64,000 bases of DNA, from IMG/VR virus record IMGVR_UViG_3300005393_000308; one strand, given 5' to 3'. Of this stretch, positions 10,666 to 18,583 are shown piece after piece. Source of the stretch: a virus. Both the position numbers and the translations under genes were made by a program. The stretch's first letter is position 1; every line of letters begins with the position of its first letter. A model generated the notes under the pieces. The model had not been told where the DNA came from and did not search any database. It saw nothing but the letters and a program-made list of their open reading frames with translations.

Positions 10666-10798
10666 CTCAATTCTATATAGTACCGTCTACGCGAGCAGGA
10701 GAGTTTCACAGAGCAAGGAGCCCCTGTTGCTGTTCGGGTGTGAGTGAGGCCCATACGGTGGTGTGAACCTCTGTAGTTGACGTATCCTAAACATGACT

Positions 10799-11626
10799 CT
10801 ACACCACCCTTACCCCGGCAATGCCGTCCTCGACAAACCGCTCGTTCCAGCGGCAGCTCTGGTTTTCTACTTTCACTCCTTTGCCGTCGCGGGTAAGGTT
10901 GAGGATGTGGACTTCGGCGATGTCGTCCGCGCTGTAGAGCCCGGACTGGCGGGCGATCTCGTCGATGCTTTTCATGAGCACCGGCTGGCCGGGGTATACA
11001 CTGTTGAGGTAGGCTGCTATTGCCATCGCCGCTGTGCCCCTTATGGTCTGTTTGTCCATATCGTTGATTCCACTTTTGAAAACCAGGGCCAGCTTTATTC
11101 CAACAGGGATGAGTTTGGGCGTCAGCACTTCCACTCTTGAGCCGCTGCCTTTGGTTTTCTCTATATTCTTCCTGACCGCCGCCAGGATATTTTCTTCCTG
11201 TTTGATATCGTCAATGACGCAGTACACCGCGCAGGAACCCACGCCCAGGGCGTATTCGTGCAGAATAACATCCTTGACCCCGTCAACAGACAGGGCCGCC
11301 AGCCGGATTGCCATATTGTTGGCGGTGGCATCGGCCAGGGCCTGCTGGGAGATCCTGTACCTGTACTCGCTGTCGGACTCTCCTGACAACCTCTTGCAGT
11401 GCACAATATCGCCAAGCAGGTCGAGCATATCCCCTTCTGCTGTTGACACATAGCTGGCGAAGTGTTGTGTGCTGAGGTTATCGTAATAATCGGCCAGGTT
11501 TGAGTTGATTGCCGCCAGAAGCAGGCGCACTACCTGGCCGGGGCCAGAATCTTTTATCGGTGTATTCTTGAGCAGGTCGAGCGACCTGCTCTGTAATTGC
11601 TCCATGGTTTTGGCAGGAATAAACAT
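10799..11626 (-). CDS. Baseplate J-like protein
   Basis: 275 aa; STAEGDMLDLLG..RLSGESDSEYRYRI, ALSVDGVKDV; follows the gp25-like gene. Confidence 0.75.
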   Translation of the reverse strand: MFIPAKTMEQLQSRSLDLLKNTPIKDSGPGQVVRLLLAAINSNLADYYDNLSTQHFASYVSTAEGDMLDLLGDIVHCKRLSGESDSEYRYRISQQALADATANNMAIRLAALSVDGVKDVILHEYALGVGSCAVYCVIDDIKQEENILAAVRKNIEKTKGSGSRVEVLTPKLIPVGIKLALVFKSGINDMDKQTIRGTAAMAIAAYLNSVYPGQPVLMKSIDEIARQSGLYSADDIAEVHILNLTRDGKGVKVENQSCRWNERFVEDGIAGVRVV

Positions 11627-11646
11627 ACGGGCTATCCCCCTTTGTT

Positions 11647-12063
11647 TCAGGAAACTCTACTGACCGCCACAGTCCCGTCCAGGTCAACATCCACTTCAAA
11701 ACCGACCAGCCCGTCTACACCCTCCAGCTTGAGAAACACGAAAATGCCAATCACCGTCCTGCTCAGGGGCGTGGCCTTGACCAGCAGTTCGCTCTCGCTG
11801 ACCAGGCCGTCTGATGTCAGGGTGGTCCTGATCCTGTCGGTAACCGCCGCCGCTGTCTCTCTGCTGTTCGGTCGGCCGAGGAAATCTTCCAGGTCGGCTC
11901 CGGTATTGTCGTAGAACCAGTTCACGGTCACCGATTTCAGTCTTGAGTAAACCGATTGAATAACAAAACCCGGCCCGCTGACTGTGGCCAGGTCTCCGTT
12001 TTCGTTCAGCATCAGATCTCCGTCGCTGGACAGCATTAAGTCGCATCCACTGTATTTTGCCAT
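11647..12063 (-). CDS. Baseplate wedge gp25/gpW-like protein
   Basis: 138 aa; DGDL..NGDLATVSG..QSVYSRL..GADLEDFLG pattern; upstream of baseplate J. Confidence 0.7.
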   Translation of the reverse strand: MAKYSGCDLMLSSDGDLMLNENGDLATVSGPGFVIQSVYSRLKSVTVNWFYDNTGADLEDFLGRPNSRETAAAVTDRIRTTLTSDGLVSESELLVKATPLSRTVIGIFVFLKLEGVDGLVGFEVDVDLDGTVAVSRVS

Positions 12064-12073
12064 AAAAACCTCC

Positions 12074-12148
12074 TTGACATACTCCCACGAATAAATTCGC
12101 GGGATTCTGGTTCATCGAAAAAAGGGTGGGCTTTTCCGGCGGGAGATT
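12074..12148 (-). mobile_element. 75-nt internally deleted TnpB-type IS200/IS605 remnant
   Basis: TTTAC then left-end GGAAAAGCCCACCCTTT; right-end hairpin ATCCCGCGAATTTATTCGTGGGAG ending TATGTCAA; intergenic. Confidence 0.65.
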
Positions 12149-12153
12149 GTAAA

Positions 12154-12645
12154 TTAGGCAAAGTCGTACCTGGGAGCGCTAAACTGTATATGCTTTTTCG
12201 AAGCCAGCTTAATCTCGCCCCCAGCATTTACGGTTACACTGCCACTTGCATTGACTGTGATATTCCCATTTGTGTTTACTGTAATGCCGCCCTTGCAGTC
12301 TACTGTAATGGCGGCATGGTTCACCAGGTGATATCCTCCCGCAATCTCCACTTTGGCGTCGCGGCTGATCCAGCTGCGCAGGCAACCTAGATGCTGGAGT
12401 AGATTGTTAGTGCAGGTGTCGATTGTCTCGGTGTTCGGGTCAATACGGAATCCCTGGTGGTCGCCTACAAAAATGTCAATAATCCCGTTATCTCTTAGTT
12501 TTACAATGCTGTGGTGATATGGATGGCTGAGCGACGGTTCAAAGCTGGTTGGGAAACGCACCTCGTCGGCCTTCTTCTCGAGACTGTTGATAGGATTCTC
12601 TATTGTCTTGTTTTCAAGGTAATCAAGCTGCTCTTTCAGGCTCAT
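12154..12645 (-). CDS. Baseplate spike-like protein
   Basis: Likely start MSLKEQ at 12645 (ATGA overlap); HHSIVKLRDNGIIDI and ITVNxxG beta-helix repeats. Confidence 0.6.
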   Translation of the reverse strand: MSLKEQLDYLENKTIENPINSLEKKADEVRFPTSFEPSLSHPYHHSIVKLRDNGIIDIFVGDHQGFRIDPNTETIDTCTNNLLQHLGCLRSWISRDAKVEIAGGYHLVNHAAITVDCKGGITVNTNGNITVNASGSVTVNAGGEIKLASKKHIQFSAPRYDFA

Positions 12646-13055
12646 ACCCTGCCCCACCCCGGGCCGCCGCTCTCCCATTTATACCTGCGCGTGGAAATGC
12701 TGTCAGGCAGGCATGCGCCGCGGCTTTCGTGCGTCTGACAGTGCTCTCTGGTTGTAGTGTGATAAGCCCGCTCTATGACACCGATAATCACAGGACTGCC
12801 ATACTGGCCGTCGATGAAGTCTATAAGCACTCTCTGGCCGGGGTACGGCCCGCAGTGGTTCAGACCGTTGACCAGAACGACGGGCACATCGGTGAGCACC
12901 TGAGTGTTCATGGTGCAGTTCATGTTTACTATATATATATCGGCGGTATTGGTTTCTTTATGGTAAGCCATGATTATCCCCACGGTGAGGCGCGGTGTAG
13001 AATTGATAACCGGCCTCACCACCTCATCTATCAGCGCCTGCCTAAATGAGTTCAA
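12642..13055 (-). CDS. Baseplate gp5/gpV OB-fold-like protein
   Basis: 137 aa; GIIMAY..TADI..DVPV..GPYPGQRVLIDFIDGQYGSPVIIG. Confidence 0.6.
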   Translation of the reverse strand: MNSFRQALIDEVVRPVINSTPRLTVGIIMAYHKETNTADIYIVNMNCTMNTQVLTDVPVVLVNGLNHCGPYPGQRVLIDFIDGQYGSPVIIGVIERAYHTTTREHCQTHESRGACLPDSISTRRYKWESGGPGWGRV

Positions 13056-13059
13056 CAGA

Positions 13060-16000
13060 TCACCCTCCCATAACCAATGGTGGTAGGTACGGTAAAATGT
13101 TCATCTGCTGGCCGTTTATGATCAGCTCAATATGCAGGTGCGGCCCACGAGCATTCCCTGTGTTGCCCTGATAACCAATCACCTGTCCGGCTTTTACAGT
13201 GCTTCCGACACTGACGTTTATACTGCTCAAGTGAGCATACAGGGTGCTGATATTCTCGCCGTGGTCGATTACCACGTAGTTGCCGTATCCCGCATCATAC
13301 GTTGCTTTTGCTGCAGTTCCCGCCTGTACTGCTGTGATTGGAGCGTTGTTTGGATAGAAAGCAATATCTACTCCTTTGTGCCGGTATGTTTTGTTGTATT
13401 TTGGTGGTTCTCTCAGTTCGTCGAACACACTGGTTACCGTACCTGCCCTGTCGGATGGTGCGCCAAGATACATTCCATTGGGCAGGGCCTGTTGTCCTGC
13501 TGTGCCGTTTATATACTCCATATTGCTACCGCCTGCGCTTCCTTTAGTATCGTTGCTTCCCTCGTCAAAGGCAACCAGGTTCTTTGAACCGGTTATGCCT
13601 GCCACAAAGTATTTATCCTTCAGCATCAGCGGGTATATCTTCACCTTGTTCATATTGGTGAAGACCTTTTCTATACTTTGGAGCAGGCCATCGATCAACC
13701 CGAATACCGCGATCTCAACGAGTGCCGGAACAATGGTTACCCTAGCCACCTTTGCAAAGCCGCCTGCGATACTCATGGCTTTTCTAAGTTTTCCACCCAT
13801 CCCGGCCGCTCTGACAACATCTGCGACCTCATCGGAAGCATCCGCTGTTATTTCAACGTCTCTGAACTTATTGAGAAACCCCTCAATACCTTCCGTCACC
13901 ATTGCCTTGCCTTTCTGTGCAAACTGCAAGGCATTCTGGCGGAGAACTGCCATCTTCTCCATGAACTTTCCGCCTGTCAACCTGGTCCTGACCATGAATC
14001 TTAAAACCCTGAATAAGACGTATGTACCGGCGGCAATTGCGTGGGTATACAGCCTGTTCCACTGTTCTGTCAGTTCAATATGTCTTGTAATCAGGTCGGG
14101 CTTAACCATAGAAATGAACCCGGTCTGCGGCGAAATGGAATGCACCACCTTTCCTACTTCCGCCAGACCGAACATACACGTGTAGGTGTCGTCCAGGTAA
14201 AACAGGTCGTATGGCTTGACAGACGGTGTGCCCCGCACTATCAGGTTGTCTTTGTACATGTTGCGCATCTTCTCTACAAGATGACTCTGTGCGAATATTA
14301 TCGCCCTATCCTCGCCAATTCTTTCTCCAAAATAGTGGTACACCATATCCGGCCCGATTATATCCTGGACGGTGCCTGAGTCTACCAAATCCGTCTTTTG
14401 CAGGTCAGCTCGAATCGTCCAGTCCGCCATCACTACCGGACTGGTCACAGCTTTGCCACCTAGTGTGTATATCGCCGCGACATTGGTGGCGATATCCCTG
14501 GCGCTGGCTTTTACGCTGTTATACAGGATATCGGTATGCGAAGAGAACGTGTAGAACTGCTGCAGGGTTGTGTAGACACACTCGTAGGACGCTTCGCTCA
14601 TCACGCTCACTGCTTTGTCTTTGGAGGTATCTCTGATACCAAGCAGTCCTTTAATACCCTCCCAGGCGGCGCCGGTATCATCCAGCATTCCTACAGCGTC
14701 TGGTGTCTGGTTGTCACCTGCGCTTGCTGTATTTGCCGGAGGGGGTACATTTCGTTTTGTCCATTTATACTTGATGCACATAGGCCACCAGGGTAGACCG
14801 AAAAAGAAGGTAGACCTGAACTGGAACGGCACCACCGATATTATGTAGCCTGTAGTGCATTTGGCGATTATACTGAAAATATCCCACGGAGTCTTCTTGC
14901 CGAGCCATACGCCTATGTTTCTTTCGCCAAATATCTTACTCCTTGTTTCCTCCCACTTACTGCTTAAAACGTCCAGTCCATGTTCGATTCCTCTGACTGC
15001 TTCCTGTATTTTTGTTTCTACTTCCTTCTCTACCATTTTCCATAGCTTTGTTCCCTTAATACCTTCCCAGGCATCGCTGGTATCATCCAGCATTCCTACA
15101 GCGTCTGGCTCTTCAGACTCATTCGTGGCAACCTCTGTAGATGTATCCTGTGTTGGCTGTTGTGTGCCTGGCGATTTCTGGGCGGCGTAGTCCCGCCAGA
15201 TTTTGTTCAACTCGCCGATTTTGATATTCGTGGAGTAGACGTTCATCAGCACATCAAAGGTGGCTACATCATTGCCCCATACAAGAGGGCCTTCTGGTTT
15301 CTTTACTGTTCCGAAATGCTCAATCCCGTAAGGACTTGAGGCTCCGAAAGAATATCCCTTGCCGAACTCGCTCGGCACGTCGCCGATCATCCTGCCGATA
15401 AGGTTTTTCAGCATATTTGACTCAAGGTGAAATCCTATGCCGCGCTTAGCCAGGATGCGGGAGATTATACTGGTCGGCTCTGTACCAGTATTGAAAAAAC
15501 TGGTCTTGTCGTCGGGGCCGAAGTTGAGCATTTCGTTTAGGAGTTCATGACCGTCACCCTGGGCAACAAATGTGGCCATTTCCTCCGCATCCACTTCAAC
15601 TATTGTCCCGTTGAATACAACTGGCAACCCGCTGGCCTGACTACTGTAGCCCATGCGGATATGCACTCTAGCCCCGGGCCGGATCATAAGATCCTTAAAC
15701 AGCTGCCGGCGCATCTCCAGGCTGTGTTGGGTTATTGCCGGGAAGAGCCTCTGTATAGTGCGGAGTTTAGTTAGATTAGGCGGCACGGTATAGTGGTTTA
15801 GGGCGCCATAGACGTTGGTGAGTTCCATATATGCTAAGTCAGCTGGATTGCCGCGCTCCTTGACTATATCCAGGCTGACCATGGAGTGGTAAAAGTAAAA
15901 GTTATTCCACAGCTTGCGGCCGCCCACCCACTCGCCTTCGTCTATAAACATCATAAGAAAGGTGGGGAAAGCCTGTACCAGCCGGCCGCGCTTGTCGTAC

Positions 16001-16623
16001 ATAGTGTCGTTATAATGCATCAGGTTAACGATGTCTTCAGGTGTATACTCTGCCGGGTTGATCTCGCTGTTGAGATCGTCCTGCCTGTCCATCCGCAGAG
16101 GTTTGGTAAAGTAACATTTGCCTGGCTGGGTTGGATTAAACCATTCCGGTTTACTGCCAAGCGATCCCCTGGTGGTAACAGATGATTCCTGGGAAGTTCC
16201 GCTTCCTTCCCACTCTCCAGACTCGATAGATTGGTAGATACTCCATACGTTCTGGGCCCACGTAGCCGGATCGTCCGGCCTGTGGACCTCGCTCACGAAG
16301 GCCAGTATGGCATTGTAATTGACACCACCATACCTTCTCAGGTACATGCTTAGCGAGGCAATCCACGGCAGGCCAGTATAACACATGCTTGTCATAAGCT
16401 GTTGTTCAATACCTGCGGCCGAGGCTAAGCGTGGCCCTTTGCTTGGCACTCCAACGCCAAGAATGTATCCGTCCCTACCGGCCCCTTTTTGTCCCCAGTT
16501 GGTTTCCTGCCAACCAATAGCCGCTATAAGCTCCGGAGGGACATTATATTGGCTGCCATATTTCTCTAGGATAATCCAGTCGCTTTGCGGCACAAAGTCT
16601 GGTTTCACCAAATTATGCGGCAC
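13060..16623 (-). CDS. Tail-associated lysin/hub: N-terminal lysozyme/transglycosylase-like domain, C-terminal M23 peptidase
   Basis: ELIAAIGWQETNWG; HKGVDI, GYGNYVVIDH, YAHL, GPHLHIE; its first codons lie inside an IS remnant. Confidence 0.8.
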   Translation of the reverse strand: MPHNLVKPDFVPQSDWIILEKYGSQYNVPPELIAAIGWQETNWGQKGAGRDGYILGVGVPSKGPRLASAAGIEQQLMTSMCYTGLPWIASLSMYLRRYGGVNYNAILAFVSEVHRPDDPATWAQNVWSIYQSIESGEWEGSGTSQESSVTTRGSLGSKPEWFNPTQPGKCYFTKPLRMDRQDDLNSEINPAEYTPEDIVNLMHYNDTMYDKRGRLVQAFPTFLMMFIDEGEWVGGRKLWNNFYFYHSMVSLDIVKERGNPADLAYMELTNVYGALNHYTVPPNLTKLRTIQRLFPAITQHSLEMRRQLFKDLMIRPGARVHIRMGYSSQASGLPVVFNGTIVEVDAEEMATFVAQGDGHELLNEMLNFGPDDKTSFFNTGTEPTSIISRILAKRGIGFHLESNMLKNLIGRMIGDVPSEFGKGYSFGASSPYGIEHFGTVKKPEGPLVWGNDVATFDVLMNVYSTNIKIGELNKIWRDYAAQKSPGTQQPTQDTSTEVATNESEEPDAVGMLDDTSDAWEGIKGTKLWKMVEKEVETKIQEAVRGIEHGLDVLSSKWEETRSKIFGERNIGVWLGKKTPWDIFSIIAKCTTGYIISVVPFQFRSTFFFGLPWWPMCIKYKWTKRNVPPPANTASAGDNQTPDAVGMLDDTGAAWEGIKGLLGIRDTSKDKAVSVMSEASYECVYTTLQQFYTFSSHTDILYNSVKASARDIATNVAAIYTLGGKAVTSPVVMADWTIRADLQKTDLVDSGTVQDIIGPDMVYHYFGERIGEDRAIIFAQSHLVEKMRNMYKDNLIVRGTPSVKPYDLFYLDDTYTCMFGLAEVGKVVHSISPQTGFISMVKPDLITRHIELTEQWNRLYTHAIAAGTYVLFRVLRFMVRTRLTGGKFMEKMAVLRQNALQFAQKGKAMVTEGIEGFLNKFRDVEITADASDEVADVVRAAGMGGKLRKAMSIAGGFAKVARVTIVPALVEIAVFGLIDGLLQSIEKVFTNMNKVKIYPLMLKDKYFVAGITGSKNLVAFDEGSNDTKGSAGGSNMEYINGTAGQQALPNGMYLGAPSDRAGTVTSVFDELREPPKYNKTYRHKGVDIAFYPNNAPITAVQAGTAAKATYDAGYGNYVVIDHGENISTLYAHLSSINVSVGSTVKAGQVIGYQGNTGNARGPHLHIELIINGQQMNILPYLPPLVMGG

Positions 16624-16773
16624 CGGAAACCCCAGCGTTTACGCCTGGGGAGGAGGCGCCGCGCCCTCCCTTCGTATATCCGTATCCATCTGCCCGCTGA
16701 AGCAAGCGACAATACCTCCACCAATCATCTTCCGGCGTCGGGCGCCCCCGGCTTTAACCATGGGGTCTATGAC
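16610..16773 (-). mobile_element. 164-nt composite IscB-type remnant (left-end/right-end fusion plus deleted iscB 3' end)
   Basis: GTCATAGACCCCATGGTTAAAGCCGGGGGCGCCCGACGCCG, then GGAGG-TTG and LLQRADGYGYTKGGRGASSPGVNAGVSGAA*, matching the IscB C-terminus LLQRADGYEYAKGESGVSSPRLKTGAPDAA*. Confidence 0.88.
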
Positions 16774-18500
16774 TGGGAGGATATGTCGCCCCAGTGAGAG
16801 TAATCAATGTAGAAGTCTGGGTCTACCAGTATGTTGGGGTTTCTCTCGACAGCCGGATTGGTATACATCTGGAAACTGAGCGCCGGCAGGCCATAGGCGT
16901 TTCTCTGCTGGTTAATCTGGTCTATAGCGGCTGCCAGTTGGTAATACGTGGGCAAGGGCAAGTCCGGGTACAGGTCAAAACCGTCCAGCATTTCCTCTAC
17001 GAGACATGCGTGCTCTATTTCGGTCATATCGTTTACATTCACGCCTGCAATTGTTTCCAGGGTGTTGTTTATGTATTTTAAAGCCTCTGTCTGCTCATAG
17101 TTTCTCTGCATACGGTCGAAGCCAATCATTGACAGTGCGACCCTGAAAAGCCCCGGCATTCCTTCTATAGTATCCACCTGTATTGATTGAACCATGGCGT
17201 ATTTCATACCGAACAGGGCGGCAAGCTCGTTGTTGAAGCCAACAAAGCCGCTCACAAAGCGGTTGCGGTATTTGATGCTGTAGTCATTGGTGATTTCAAC
17301 CATTTGCTGTAGCAGCAGAATTGCGTCCCTGTTTGGTGTCTCGAAAGTGGCGATGATCTGTTTTTCCATACTTCCGAGGTACTGGTGACAGGGCATGGTA
17401 TATGACTGGACGTTGAGGTTGGCAAAGCTGTTCCCCATTCCTACGACCATATGCGTCAGCACAAGGTCATCGGGCAAATCGATCTGAACCATGTTGTTGC
17501 CAATATCAAACACCCCACTACCGTCGCTTCCGGTGCCGCTTTTACTGAGCGTGATAACCCCGCTGTCGTCCCAGTCAACCCTATAGCCAAGCACTTCGCC
17601 CACCTGGCGTACCAATACCCAGGCAGTGCCGTCCACTATTTTGTACGGCCTGAAACTCTTCCCGCCGATTATTACGTTTGGGCTTTTCCACTCTATCGTT
17701 TTGCCCAACAGGCTGGCCAATTTCCGGGCCGGCATAATGCTGCGATCCAGTCCGTCGATCTGGACGATTTCGTACCCGCTACTGATTTTCACAGGTGCCG
17801 ACGGATTGAGGTTTGCTGTGTTTTCAAGATTTCCACCAGCGCTTCCCTCTATGAGCACCGATTCGTCCAGGACGGAGAAGATATACCTCTCAGTCATGCA
17901 TGGTTCGGTTACCTGTTCGAGGCACTCTACATCCTCGCCGGTCATGAGCCGCTGGTAATACCACCTGAAGATGGGCCAGCAGATGTAGTCGGCCAGCTTA
18001 TAGTCAGGAATGTACATGTAGGGTTCTATGGTTGTTTTATATAGAATTAAGTCAGCTTCCAGCGCTCCGGGAAAGTCGGGAACGGTCTGCACGACTATAT
18101 TGGATAGAATAACTGTGTATATATCGTGCACGTCATTGAGTAACTCGTTGAAAACAGGAAGTATTGGGGTGCACCTGAACTGCGCTATCAGCGGGCGCAG
18201 GCCGTCCATCCAGTACCGCCTTCCTCCTGGACCGGCCACTTCCACACCATTAATATCGTTCAGGTCGTTAAACCAGAGTTTTACGCGTACTTCAGTTTGA
18301 GTGAAGCCGCTGTTGGTCAGGATGCTGTTTTTCTGCCGCAGGCCCTGGTAAGAATGAATACTATTCACCTGTTTGACGCTTATACTCTCTGGCGGCACGC
18401 TGAATACGCAGTCGCCGATCTGAAGGTGATATATGGTCATATTTCTTCTTGTGGCTGGCAGAAGATCGTCAAATAGCTTTATCAACGGTACGGAACTCAA
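16767..18500 (-). CDS. Tail/baseplate hub protein (possibly N-terminal part of a split gene) with copper-amine-oxidase-N-like module
   Basis: 577 aa; WVLVRQVGEVLGYRVDWDD; its stop codon is supplied by the inserted IS left end. Confidence 0.65.
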   Translation of the reverse strand: MSSVPLIKLFDDLLPATRRNMTIYHLQIGDCVFSVPPESISVKQVNSIHSYQGLRQKNSILTNSGFTQTEVRVKLWFNDLNDINGVEVAGPGGRRYWMDGLRPLIAQFRCTPILPVFNELLNDVHDIYTVILSNIVVQTVPDFPGALEADLILYKTTIEPYMYIPDYKLADYICWPIFRWYYQRLMTGEDVECLEQVTEPCMTERYIFSVLDESVLIEGSAGGNLENTANLNPSAPVKISSGYEIVQIDGLDRSIMPARKLASLLGKTIEWKSPNVIIGGKSFRPYKIVDGTAWVLVRQVGEVLGYRVDWDDSGVITLSKSGTGSDGSGVFDIGNNMVQIDLPDDLVLTHMVVGMGNSFANLNVQSYTMPCHQYLGSMEKQIIATFETPNRDAILLLQQMVEITNDYSIKYRNRFVSGFVGFNNELAALFGMKYAMVQSIQVDTIEGMPGLFRVALSMIGFDRMQRNYEQTEALKYINNTLETIAGVNVNDMTEIEHACLVEEMLDGFDLYPDLPLPTYYQLAAAIDQINQQRNAYGLPALSFQMYTNPAVERNPNILVDPDFYIDYSHWGDISSQS

Positions 18501-18554
18501 GATCGCACCCCCTCGTCGTCCTTCGTACTCTTTATAGTACCTGGCAGAAAACCA

Positions 18555-18577
18555 GGGGCGCCAGATTGTGGCGCCCC
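18555..18577 (-). terminator. GC-rich hairpin, possible intrinsic terminator
   Basis: GGGGCGCCA-CAATC-TGGCGCCCC followed by TGGTTTTCT after the 2182-aa gene. Confidence 0.5.
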
Positions 18578-18583
18578 ATTTTG

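Noticed and set aside
16610-16773. Self-splicing IStron explanation for the split tail lysin region
   Set aside because: Only 164 nt, fully explained by IS ends and an iscB tail; no group I core elements seen.
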